This document shows, piece by piece, positions 19,220-32,000 of a stretch of DNA of 32,000 nt (within the stretch, counting starts at the first letter, position 1; each line of letters opens with the position of its first letter). The translations under genes were made by a program, and so were the position numbers. Source of the DNA: Mycobacterium tuberculosis H37Rv (GTDB taxonomy: Bacteria > Actinomycetota > Actinomycetes > Mycobacteriales > Mycobacteriaceae); contig NC_000962.3 of NCBI RefSeq assembly GCF_000195955.2, positions 3,900,001 to 3,932,000 of the forward strand. Reading direction: 5' to 3'. Below the pieces are notes generated by a model. It worked only from the letters and a program-made list of their open reading frames with translations, was not told the DNA's origin and searched no databases.

Positions 19220-20062
19220 TTACCCCGAGAGGTTGAAGTTACCGGACGCGCCGTAGACGGCGAGCGAGATGAACAAGGTGATGACAACAACCACGATCAG
19301 CGAGGTCCGTACGGCCTGCCCGACCGCGACCCCGACCCCAACCGACCCGCCGCTGGCGTTGTAGCCGTAGTAGGTATGCACCAGCATTACCGCGATCGAC
19401 ATAGCGATGGCTTGCATAAACGACCACAACAGGTCGGAGGGGATGAGGAAGGTGTTGAAGTAATGGTCATAAAGGCCCGCGGACTGCCCATTGACGAACA
19501 CCGTGGTGAAACGAGCGGCGAAGAACGCGGCCAGCACCGACAACGAATACAACGGAATGATCGCCACCAGGCCGGCGATCAGCCGGGTTGACACCAAATA
19601 GGACACCGAGTGCACCGCCATGCATTCGACGGCGTCGATCTCCTCAGAGACCCGCATGGCACCCAGCTGCGCGGTGGCTCCGGCCCCGATGGTGGCCGCC
19701 AGCGCGATACCCGCGATCACCGGCGCGACAACGCGGACGTTCAAAAACGCCGACAGGAACCCGGTCAACGCCTCGATACCGATGTCGCCCAGCGACGAAT
19801 ACCCCTGCACGGCGATCACGCCACCGGACGCCAGGGTCAAAAAGGCCGCCACCCCGACCGTGCCGCCGATCATGACCAGCGCTCCGGCGCCCAGCGTCAT
19901 CTCGGCGACCAGCCGGACCGTCTCCTTCCGGTAGCGGGTGATGGCGTTGGGCACATAGCGCATGGTTTCGCCGTAGAACAGCGCCTGCTCACCGAAGTTG
20001 TCGACCGGCCGCTGCAGCCGCGAAAAGAAACGGCGAAACCGGATAGTGACGTCGTAGCTCAT
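19220..20062 (-). CDS. yrbE4B: YrbE/MlaE-family ABC permease YrbE4B
   Basis: 280 aa polytopic protein with GAGATAQLGAMRVSEEIDAVECM (MlaE EQ-loop-like region). Confidence 0.95.
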   Translation of the reverse strand: MSYDVTIRFRRFFSRLQRPVDNFGEQALFYGETMRYVPNAITRYRKETVRLVAEMTLGAGALVMIGGTVGVAAFLTLASGGVIAVQGYSSLGDIGIEALTGFLSAFLNVRVVAPVIAGIALAATIGAGATAQLGAMRVSEEIDAVECMAVHSVSYLVSTRLIAGLVAIIPLYSLSVLAAFFAARFTTVFVNGQSAGLYDHYFNTFLIPSDLLWSFMQAIAMSIAVMLVHTYYGYNASGGSVGVGVAVGQAVRTSLIVVVVITLFISLAVYGASGNFNLSG

Positions 20063-20096
20063 CGCTTCATCACCATCGCTCGCTCACCGTCGTTTG

Positions 20097-20861
20097 TTAC
20101 TGCGCCGAGATTCGCACACCTATAGCGGTCATGACTACGTTGATCACGAAAAGGCAGATGAACGCGTAGACGACGGTCTCGTTGACCGCATTGCCCACCC
20201 CCTTGGGCCCACCCTTGACCGTCAGACCGCGGTAACACCCGACCAGCCCGGCCATGACCCCGAACAGTAGCGCCTTGATCTCCGCCAGTATCAATTCGCG
20301 CAGTCCGGTGAGCACGGTCAGACCGTTGATAAACGCACCCGGGTTGACGCCCTGAAGAAAGACCGAGAACGCGTAGCCGCCGGACAGGCCAATGGCGCAC
20401 ACCAAGCCGTTGAGCAGCAGCGCAACCAATGTGGACGCCAACACCCTGGGGACCACGAGCCGTTGAATTGGGTCGATGCCCAGCACCCGCATCGCGTCGA
20501 TTTCCTCACGGATGGTGCGAGCGCCCAGGTCGGCGCAGATCGCCGTGGCGCCAGCACCTGCCACCACCAGCACAGTCACGACCGGGCCCAGCTGGGTGAT
20601 GGTGCCGAACGCCGTTCCGGCGCCGGACAAGTCGGCGGCCCCAATTTCACGCAACAGAATGTTGAGGGTGAACGCCACCAGGACCGTGAACGGAATGGAC
20701 ACCAGCAACGTCGGGACTAGCGAAACGCGGGCCACCATCCAGGTCTGGTCCAAAAACTCGCGGAACTGGAACGGCCGCCGGAAAGCGGCACGCGCGGTGT
20801 CCATCGACATTTCGAAGAACCCGCCGACGGCCCGGGCCGGAACCGCAAGTTGTTGGATCAA
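20097..20861 (-). CDS. yrbE4A: YrbE/MlaE-family ABC permease YrbE4A, TTG start
   Basis: 254 aa; GAGATAICADLGARTIREEIDAMRVLGIDPIQRLVVPRVLA; first gene of the mce4 operon; start codon read directly as TTG. Confidence 0.94.
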   Translation of the reverse strand: MIQQLAVPARAVGGFFEMSMDTARAAFRRPFQFREFLDQTWMVARVSLVPTLLVSIPFTVLVAFTLNILLREIGAADLSGAGTAFGTITQLGPVVTVLVVAGAGATAICADLGARTIREEIDAMRVLGIDPIQRLVVPRVLASTLVALLLNGLVCAIGLSGGYAFSVFLQGVNPGAFINGLTVLTGLRELILAEIKALLFGVMAGLVGCYRGLTVKGGPKGVGNAVNETVVYAFICLFVINVVMTAIGVRISAQ

Positions 20862-21086
20862 CTGGGGTCCCCCCGTCTACTGCTCGCGGCGAAGTCTGTG
20901 AGTCTCCTGAACGCGCTTAGGGCCCGCACGTTGCACGGTGTGAGCCGGCCCATCCTAACCCAGAACGAGTTTGCGGTGTCAACGAACCGCACACCGGATC
21001 AACTGGGTCAATTTCGCTGGTTAAGCCCTATGTTGGCGTGGTGATTCGGACACCGATTCCAATAATCGGCCGCCTATATCCACGGG

Positions 21087-22040
21087 TCACTGACGCATCA
21101 GATCGGTCGCCGAAAAGCTCTGTTCCGGATCCCGACCAGCAAAGTAGTCCCGCAGCGTCGCGGTGAGCTCGGTGGGATCCCAGGACGTGCCGTCCGCGCT
21201 GAACCGGCGCTCCATGTGCGGCGGTGACACCAGCGTCACCTGCGGACCGTAGACGATGAACACCTGACCGTTGACTTCCGCGGCAGCCGGGGACGCCAGA
21301 AACTGGACCAGGCTTACCACATGCTGCGGCGACAGCGGGTCGATCTGGCCCGCTTCGACATCGGGTGCGGCGCCGAAGACATCGGCCGTCATCGCGGTGC
21401 GCGCCCGCGGACAAATCACATTGGCGCAAACGCCGTAGCGCCCGAGCGCCCGCGCCGCCGACAGGGTTAGCGCGGTGATGCCAGCCTTGGCGGCGGCGTA
21501 ATTCGCCTGCCCCACCGGGCCCACCAGACCCGCCTCCGACGAGGTGTTGACGAGCCGGCCGAAGACCGATCCCCCTTCGGCATCCTTGGCTTTGTCCCGC
21601 CAGTAGGCAGCGGCGTTGCGGGTGAGCAGAAAATGGCCGCGCAGGTGCACCGCGATCACGGCGTCCCACTCCTCGTCGGACATGTTGAACAGCATCCGGT
21701 CGCGGGTGATGCCGGCATTGTTCACCACGATGTCCAGTCCGCCCAGCCCGACGGCGCTGGCGAGCAGTTCGTCGGCCGTCGCGCGCTGGCTGATATCACC
21801 GGCTACCGCGACGGCCTTAGCACCAGCATCGGCAGCGGCGGCGCCGATCTCGTCGACGACGTCGGAAGCATCCAGGGCGGAAGCAACATCGTTGACGACG
21901 ACGGTGGCGCCCAACCGGGCCAGGCCGAGCGCTTCGGCCCGACCCAAACCCGCGGCCGCGCCGGTGACCACCGCCACCTTTCCGGACAGATCGGTCGTGT
22001 TCGTGGTACGCGGCGAGCGATTGGACTCAGTCAATTTCAA
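21087..22040 (-). CDS. hsd4A: SDR-family 17-beta-hydroxysteroid / (3R)-hydroxyacyl-CoA dehydrogenase
   Basis: 317 aa; GKVAVVTGAAAGLGRAEALGLARLGATVVVND, NTSSEAG, YAAAKAGI; location next to mce4 and fdxD. Confidence 0.92.
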   Translation of the reverse strand: MKLTESNRSPRTTNTTDLSGKVAVVTGAAAGLGRAEALGLARLGATVVVNDVASALDASDVVDEIGAAAADAGAKAVAVAGDISQRATADELLASAVGLGGLDIVVNNAGITRDRMLFNMSDEEWDAVIAVHLRGHFLLTRNAAAYWRDKAKDAEGGSVFGRLVNTSSEAGLVGPVGQANYAAAKAGITALTLSAARALGRYGVCANVICPRARTAMTADVFGAAPDVEAGQIDPLSPQHVVSLVQFLASPAAAEVNGQVFIVYGPQVTLVSPPHMERRFSADGTSWDPTELTATLRDYFAGRDPEQSFSATDLMRQ

Positions 22041-22064
22041 TTTATGAATACCTCTAGTTCCGTC

Positions 22065-22256
22065 CTACTCACCACGCGACAACGCCGCACGCGGGCATTC
22101 CGCGATGGCCTGCTCGGCCAGATCCTCCTGATCAACCGGGATCGGATCGGTCTTGACCACGGCATAGTCCTCGTCGTCCAGGTCGAAGATATCCGGTGCG
22201 ATTCCCAAGCACACCGCGTTGCCTTCACATCGGTCTCGGTCCACGATCACCCGCAC
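22065..22256 (-). CDS. fdxD: Small ferredoxin (3Fe-4S/4Fe-4S type)
   Basis: 63 aa MRVIVDRDRCEGNAVCLGIAPDIFDLDDEDYAVV...AIAECPRAALS; single-cluster ferredoxin with C..C...CP pattern. Confidence 0.92.
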   Translation of the reverse strand: MRVIVDRDRCEGNAVCLGIAPDIFDLDDEDYAVVKTDPIPVDQEDLAEQAIAECPRAALSRGE

Positions 22257-22350
22257 GGCACCCTCCTTACCCTGACCATCCCCCCGGTCGCTGCTAGTTC
22301 CACCATAAGGCCCTGCTACATCCGAGGAAACGGTCGCTGGATTCAGAGAC

Positions 22351-22364
22351 TAGAACGTGTTACA
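22351..22364. promoter_or_regulatory. Putative KstR operator in the divergent fdxD/fadE26 intergenic region
   Basis: TAGAACGTGTTACA matches TNNAACNNGTTNNA at every fixed position; lies between divergently oriented steroid catabolism genes. Confidence 0.8.
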
Positions 22365-22470
22365 ACCGGGAAGACGGCCGGGTTGCCGTTGGCGTTGGTT
22401 GTCGACAGCTAGTGGACGGCTGCTGACGGCCAGTGATAAAGACGCGATCATTCAATCGGAGGCAGCTGAG

Positions 22471-23673
22471 ATGCGCATCAGTTACACCCCGCAGCAGGAG
22501 GAGCTGCGCCGCGAGCTGCGCTCGTACTTTGCCACGTTGATGACGCCGGAACGCCGGGAGGCGCTGAGCTCGGTCCAGGGTGAATACGGCGTCGGCAATG
22601 TCTACCGGGAGACGATCGCGCAAATGGGCCGCGACGGGTGGCTTGCGCTGGGCTGGCCCAAGGAATACGGCGGCCAGGGCCGCTCGGCGATGGACCAGCT
22701 GATCTTCACCGATGAAGCCGCCATCGCCGGTGCACCGGTGCCGTTCCTGACCATCAACAGCGTGGCGCCGACGATCATGGCCTACGGAACCGACGAGCAG
22801 AAGAGGTTTTTCCTGCCCCGGATCGCCGCCGGGGATCTGCACTTCTCGATCGGCTACTCCGAGCCCGGCGCCGGCACCGACCTGGCCAACCTGCGCACCA
22901 CCGCGGTTCGCGACGGCGATGACTATGTGGTCAACGGCCAGAAGATGTGGACCAGCCTGATTCAGTACGCCGACTACGTCTGGTTAGCGGTACGCACCAA
23001 CCCGGAGTCTTCTGGGGCCAAAAAACACCGTGGCATATCGGTGTTAATCGTGCCGACGACCGCTGAGGGCTTCTCCTGGACTCCAGTGCACACCATGGCC
23101 GGTCCGGACACCAGCGCCACCTACTACTCCGACGTGCGGGTACCGGTGGCCAACCGGGTCGGTGAGGAAAACGCCGGCTGGAAGCTGGTGACCAACCAGC
23201 TCAACCACGAGCGGGTCGCCCTGGTGTCGCCGGCACCGATTTTCGGATGCCTGCGCGAGGTCCGCGAATGGGCACAAAACACCAAGGACGCCGGCGGCAC
23301 CAGGCTGATCGACTCGGAGTGGGTGCAGCTCAACCTGGCCCGGGTACACGCCAAGGCCGAAGTCCTCAAGCTGATCAACTGGGAGCTGGCTTCCTCGCAA
23401 AGTGGGCCGAAGGACGCTGGACCGTCACCGGCCGATGCGTCGGCGGCCAAGGTGTTCGGTACCGAGCTGGCCACCGAGGCCTACCGGCTGCTGATGGAGG
23501 TGTTGGGCACTGCGGCGACCCTGCGCCAGAATTCGCCAGGCGCGTTGCTGCGCGGCCGCGTCGAACGGATGCACCGGGCGTGCCTGATCCTGACGTTCGG
23601 CGGCGGCACCAACGAAGTCCAGCGCGACATCATCGGCATGGTCGCGCTGGGACTGCCGCGAGCCAACCGCTGA
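22471..23673 (+). CDS. fadE26: Acyl-CoA dehydrogenase (steroid side-chain, ChsE4-type subunit)
   Basis: 400 aa from MRISYTPQQEELRRELRSYF; FSIGYSEPGAGTDLANLRT, GQKMWTS, ACLILTFGGGTNEVQRDIIG; GGAGG upstream of ATG. Confidence 0.95.
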   Translation: MRISYTPQQEELRRELRSYFATLMTPERREALSSVQGEYGVGNVYRETIAQMGRDGWLALGWPKEYGGQGRSAMDQLIFTDEAAIAGAPVPFLTINSVAPTIMAYGTDEQKRFFLPRIAAGDLHFSIGYSEPGAGTDLANLRTTAVRDGDDYVVNGQKMWTSLIQYADYVWLAVRTNPESSGAKKHRGISVLIVPTTAEGFSWTPVHTMAGPDTSATYYSDVRVPVANRVGEENAGWKLVTNQLNHERVALVSPAPIFGCLREVREWAQNTKDAGGTRLIDSEWVQLNLARVHAKAEVLKLINWELASSQSGPKDAGPSPADASAAKVFGTELATEAYRLLMEVLGTAATLRQNSPGALLRGRVERMHRACLILTFGGGTNEVQRDIIGMVALGLPRANR

Positions 23674-23697
23674 GCGGACCTGAGAGGACAAGACGTC

Positions 23698-24819
23698 ATG
23701 GATTTCACGACAACCGAAGCCGCCCAGGATCTTGGTGGTCTGGTCGACACCATCGTGGACGCGGTGTGCACGCCGGAGCATCAACGTGAGCTGGACAAGC
23801 TCGAGCAGCGGTTCGACCGCGAGCTGTGGCGCAAGCTGATAGACGCCGGCATCCTGTCCAGTGCGGCGCCGGAGTCGCTGGGCGGCGATGGCTTCGGCGT
23901 GCTCGAGCAGGTTGCGGTGCTGGTGGCGTTGGGGCATCAACTGGCCGCGGTGCCGTACCTGGAGTCGGTGGTGCTCGCCGCCGGCGCCCTGGCCCGGTTC
24001 GGCTCGCCGGAACTGCAGCAGGGCTGGGGGGTGTCGGCGGTCTCCGGCGATCGGATCCTCACCGTCGCCCTCGACGGTGAGATGGGCGAGGGTCCGGTGC
24101 AGGCCGCCGGCACCGGACATGGCTACCGCCTCACCGGCACACGCACCCAGGTCGGGTACGGCCCGGTGGCCGACGCATTTCTGGTACCCGCCGAAACCGA
24201 TTCCGGTGCAGCCGTTTTCCTGGTTGCCGCCGGCGACCCAGGGGTTGCGGTGACCGCACTGGCCACCACCGGACTGGGCAGCGTCGGACACCTCGAGCTA
24301 AACGGGGCCAAAGTGGACGCCGCCCGCAGGGTCGGCGGAACCGATGTCGCGGTTTGGCTCGGCACGCTTTCCACCCTGAGCCGCACCGCTTTTCAGCTCG
24401 GTGTGCTCGAGCGCGGACTGCAAATGACGGCCGAATATGCGCGCACCCGTGAACAATTCGACCGCCCGATCGGCAGCTTCCAGGCGGTGGGGCAACGGTT
24501 GGCTGACGGCTACATCGACGTCAAGGGATTGCGACTGACGCTTACCCAGGCGGCCTGGCGGGTGGCCGAAGATTCCCTGGCAAGCCGGGAGTGCCCCCAG
24601 CCAGCCGACATCGACGTCGCCACCGCGGGGTTCTGGGCCGCCGAAGCCGGGCATCGGGTGGCGCATACCATCGTGCATGTGCATGGCGGCGTCGGCGTCG
24701 ACACCGATCATCCCGTACACCGGTATTTCCTGGCCGCCAAGCAGACCGAGTTCGCGTTGGGCGGCGCCACCGGTCAGCTCCGCCGAATCGGCCGTGAACT
24801 GGCGGAAACCCCTGCCTAG
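23698..24819 (+). CDS. fadE27: Acyl-CoA dehydrogenase (partner subunit, ChsE5-type)
   Basis: 373 aa; divergent ACAD fold with QFDRPIGSFQAVGQRLADGYIDV and IVHVHGGVGVDTDHPVHRYF. Confidence 0.94.
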   Translation: MDFTTTEAAQDLGGLVDTIVDAVCTPEHQRELDKLEQRFDRELWRKLIDAGILSSAAPESLGGDGFGVLEQVAVLVALGHQLAAVPYLESVVLAAGALARFGSPELQQGWGVSAVSGDRILTVALDGEMGEGPVQAAGTGHGYRLTGTRTQVGYGPVADAFLVPAETDSGAAVFLVAAGDPGVAVTALATTGLGSVGHLELNGAKVDAARRVGGTDVAVWLGTLSTLSRTAFQLGVLERGLQMTAEYARTREQFDRPIGSFQAVGQRLADGYIDVKGLRLTLTQAAWRVAEDSLASRECPQPADIDVATAGFWAAEAGHRVAHTIVHVHGGVGVDTDHPVHRYFLAAKQTEFALGGATGQLRRIGRELAETPA

Positions 24820-24843
24820 CCCTGCCTAGCCCGGCGACGATGC

Positions 24844-24860
24844 GGTCCGCGCAGCGGACC
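24844..24860 (+). repeat. Short perfect hairpin upstream of fadD17 within a CGGCGACGATGC...GAGAAGGAG element
   Basis: GGTCCGC-GCA-GCGGACC, 7 bp stem and 3 nt loop, immediately before GAGAAGGAG. Confidence 0.7.
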
Positions 24861-24889
24861 GAGAAGGAGCGGGCGAATCGAACCCACCG

Positions 24890-26398
24890 ATGACTCCCAC
24901 TCACCCGACCGTCACCGAACTTCTGCTGCCGCTATCCGAAATCGACGATCGGGGCGTCTATTTCGAGGACTCGTTCACCAGTTGGCGCGACCACATCCGG
25001 CACGGTGCCGCAATCGCCGCAGCGCTGCGGGAACGCCTGGACCCGGCGCGGCCGCCACACGTCGGTGTGTTACTGCAGAACACGCCGTTCTTCTCGGCGA
25101 CACTGGTGGCCGGCGCGCTGTCGGGGATCGTCCCGGTGGGCCTCAACCCGGTGCGCCGCGGCGCGGCACTGGCCGGCGACATCGCTAAAGCCGACTGCCA
25201 GTTGGTGCTCACCGGCTCGGGATCGGCGGAGGTACCGGCCGATGTCGAGCACATCAATGTCGACTCCCCCGAATGGACCGACGAGGTGGCCGCACACCGG
25301 GATACCGAGGTGCGTTTTCGATCCGCGGATCTCGCAGACCTTTTCATGCTGATCTTCACCTCGGGCACCAGCGGCGACCCGAAGGCGGTGAAGTGCAGCC
25401 ACCGCAAGGTTGCGATCGCCGGCGTGACGATCACGCAGCGCTTCAGTCTGGGCCGCGACGACGTCTGCTACGTCTCGATGCCGTTGTTCCATTCCAACGC
25501 GGTGCTGGTCGGCTGGGCGGTGGCTGCGGCCTGCCAAGGCTCAATGGCGTTGCGACGCAAATTTTCGGCGTCGCAGTTCCTGGCCGACGTCCGCCGTTAT
25601 GGCGCCACTTACGCCAACTACGTGGGCAAGCCTCTTTCGTATGTGCTTGCGACACCGGAGCTTCCCGACGACGCGGACAACCCGCTGCGGGCGGTGTACG
25701 GCAACGAGGGAGTACCCGGTGACATCGACCGTTTCGGGCGCAGGTTCGGCTGCGTTGTCATGGACGGCTTCGGCTCGACTGAAGGCGGGGTGGCGATCAC
25801 GCGGACACTCGACACCCCGGCGGGCGCCCTGGGCCCACTGCCGGGGGGAATCCAAATCGTCGACCCCGACACCGGCGAACCGTGCCCGACAGGAGTGGTC
25901 GGCGAACTGGTCAACACCGCCGGGCCGGGCGGTTTCGAAGGCTATTACAACGACGAGGCCGCCGAGGCCGAGCGGATGGCCGGCGGCGTCTACCACAGTG
26001 GCGACCTCGCCTATCGCGACGACGCCGGCTACGCCTATTTCGCCGGTCGGCTCGGCGACTGGATGCGAGTCGACGGTGAAAATCTAGGCACCGCACCGAT
26101 CGAGCGGGTGCTGATGCGCTACCCGGACGCCACCGAGGTCGCTGTGTATCCGGTACCCGATCCGGTGGTGGGTGATCAGGTGATGGCCGCGTTAGTGTTG
26201 GCGCCCGGCACCAAATTCGATGCCGACAAGTTCCGGGCGTTTCTGACCGAGCAGCCCGACCTGGGGCACAAGCAGTGGCCGTCGTATGTGCGGGTCAGCG
26301 CGGGGCTGCCGCGCACCATGACCTTCAAGGTGATCAAGCGCCAGTTGTCGGCCGAAGGTGTCGCCTGCGCCGATCCGGTGTGGCCGATTCGCCGGTAG
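24890..26398 (+). CDS. fadD17: Fatty-acid/steroid-CoA ligase
   Basis: 502 aa; LIFTSGTSGDPKAV AMP-binding signature, YGNEGVPGD, GDLAYRDDAGYAYFAGRLGDWMRVDGENLG. Confidence 0.95.
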   Translation: MTPTHPTVTELLLPLSEIDDRGVYFEDSFTSWRDHIRHGAAIAAALRERLDPARPPHVGVLLQNTPFFSATLVAGALSGIVPVGLNPVRRGAALAGDIAKADCQLVLTGSGSAEVPADVEHINVDSPEWTDEVAAHRDTEVRFRSADLADLFMLIFTSGTSGDPKAVKCSHRKVAIAGVTITQRFSLGRDDVCYVSMPLFHSNAVLVGWAVAAACQGSMALRRKFSASQFLADVRRYGATYANYVGKPLSYVLATPELPDDADNPLRAVYGNEGVPGDIDRFGRRFGCVVMDGFGSTEGGVAITRTLDTPAGALGPLPGGIQIVDPDTGEPCPTGVVGELVNTAGPGGFEGYYNDEAAEAERMAGGVYHSGDLAYRDDAGYAYFAGRLGDWMRVDGENLGTAPIERVLMRYPDATEVAVYPVPDPVVGDQVMAALVLAPGTKFDADKFRAFLTEQPDLGHKQWPSYVRVSAGLPRTMTFKVIKRQLSAEGVACADPVWPIRR

Positions 26399-26568
26399 CC
26401 TCACGGCGCGCCACCATGCTCACCGGGATCTGGCCGGATGGTGGACCCGAATAATCGGGTAGAACCGCCGAATGAGCTGCCCGGATCGCGATACGATCCA
26501 TTCCTAGCAATTGCACCGATGATGCACGGCCGCGGCCGGGTTCGGCTTGGGCTGGTGCGAGGTACCGG

Positions 26569-30714
<4,146 letters not shown>

Positions 30715-31004
30715 GGTTGACCGGCGATCACCGTAGCCAGCACGGCCCGTGACACCGGTCCGGCACGCCACCCTCGTCGTTCAGGTGGTGTCGCCACTCG
30801 CGCTACACAACGCTTCACGGCACTCGTCGAGACTTATGCTCGAGTTCTGATACGTGGAGCAACTGTTTTGGCGTTCGACCCGTATTGCGCAGGTGGCGGT
30901 ACTGGAAAACGTAGACGTGTTGGGCGGGTGACGAATAAGATCCTGGCCTAACTACTGCGTCAATTATGCCGCGGTGGCCGCGCCGTCCGGTTGGGAGTTC
31001 GCCC

Positions 31005-32000
31005 ATGTCGTTCGTGTTGATCGCACCGGAATTCGTGACAGCAGCCGCGGGGGATCTGACGAATCTGGGTTCGTCGATTAGCGCGGCCAACGCGTCGGCA
31101 GCCAGTGCGACCACGCAGGTGCTGGCTGCGGGCGCCGATGAGGTGTCTGCCCGTATTGCGGCGCTGTTCGGCGGGTTTGGCCTGGAGTACCAGGCGATTA
31201 GTGCGCAGGTGGCGGCCTACCACCAGCGGTTTGTGCAGGCCTTGAGTACCGGCGCGGGCGCATATGCCTCGGCCGAGGCCGCCGCCGCTGAGCAGATCGT
31301 GCTGGGCGTGATCAATGCGCCCACCCAGGCGCTGCTGGGGCGCCCGTTGATCGGTGACGGCGCCAATGCGACGACTCCCGGCGGGGCCGGCGGGGCCGGC
31401 GGTCTGCTGTTCGGCAACGGCGGGGCCGGGGCAGCCGGGGCGCCCGGCCAGGCCGGCGGGCCTGGCGGGCCCGCCGGATTGTGGGGCAACGGCGGGCCCG
31501 GCGGGGCCGGCGGCAGCGGTGGGGGCACCGGCGGTGCCGGCGGCGCCGGTGGGTGGCTGTTCGGGGTTGGCGGCGCCGGCGGTGTCGGTGGGGCCGGTGG
31601 CGGCACCGGCGGGGCGGGCGGGCCCGGTGGTTTGATCTGGGGCGGCGGCGGGGCCGGCGGTGTCGGTGGGGCCGGTGGCGGCACCGGCGGGGCCGGCGGC
31701 CGCGCCGAGCTGCTGTTCGGCGCCGGCGGTGCGGGTGGGGCGGGCACCGACGGCGGGCCCGGTGCTACCGGCGGGACCGGCGGACACGGCGGAGTCGGCG
31801 GCGACGGCGGATGGCTGGCACCCGGCGGGGCCGGCGGGGCCGGCGGGCAAGGCGGGGCAGGTGGTGCCGGCAGCGATGGTGGCGCGTTGGGTGGTACCGG
31901 CGGGACGGGCGGTACCGGCGGCGCCGGTGGCGCCGGCGGTCGCGGCGCACTGCTGCTGGGCGCTGGCGGACAGGGCGGCCTCGGCGGCGCCGGCGGACAA
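31005..32000 (+). CDS. PE_PGRS54: PE_PGRS family protein (PE_PGRS54-like), truncated at right edge
   Basis: ATG at 31005 begins [80 protein letters not shown] (PE domain), then PGRS repeats; open to base 32000. Absent from the supplied ORF track. Confidence 0.93.

Noticed and set aside
20868-20874. C-run just upstream of the yrbE4A start as a phase-variation tract
   Set aside because: Only 6 nt long (20869-20874), non-coding, and spacing to the TTG start makes a strong switching role unlikely without data.
21052-21070. Short palindrome CCGATTCCAATAATCGG in the hsd4A/yrbE4A gap as a terminator or operator
   Set aside because: Only a 5-bp stem with an AT-containing 7-nt loop; too weak to support a call.
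30960-32000. ORF-track entry '+ 346 aa [23 protein letters not shown]...' as a plus-strand gene
   Set aside because: The translation matches the reverse complement of the window's right end, and TCA at 30960-30962 is a minus-strand TGA stop. The label appears wrong. It is an antisense frame over PE_PGRS54, whose true plus-strand CDS starts at 31005.

Overview
The window looks like ordinary chromosome from a Mycobacterium tuberculosis-complex organism or very close relative. Gene order and protein sequences match, from memory, the H37Rv segment Rv3480c (partial) to Rv3508 (partial). No database search was run. Main content: a WS/DGAT N-terminus, three membrane or exported proteins, a LytR-CpsA-Psr protein (cpsA), an SDR, a DoxX-family protein, an HSL-type esterase (lipF), a PadR-like regulator, trehalose-6-phosphate synthase (otsA), the complete mce4 cholesterol/steroid import operon (yrbE4A-yrbE4B-mce4A-F plus two Mce-associated proteins, all minus strand), a steroid catabolism block (hsd4A, fdxD, fadE26, fadE27, fadD17), and two tandem PE_PGRS genes, the second cut by the window edge. 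I found no convincing undescribed multi-gene system, RNA gene, CRISPR array, transposase or prophage. The items most worth a second look are a full match to the KstR operator pattern between fdxD and fadE26, a long near-perfect inverted repeat between otsA and the next gene, a hairpin element upstream of fadD17, start-site ambiguity in lipF, a Cys-rich exported orphan protein, an atypical ferredoxin motif, and slippage/VNTR candidates inside PE_PGRS53. One entry of the supplied ORF track (30960..32000) is labelled + but its translation is from the minus strand.
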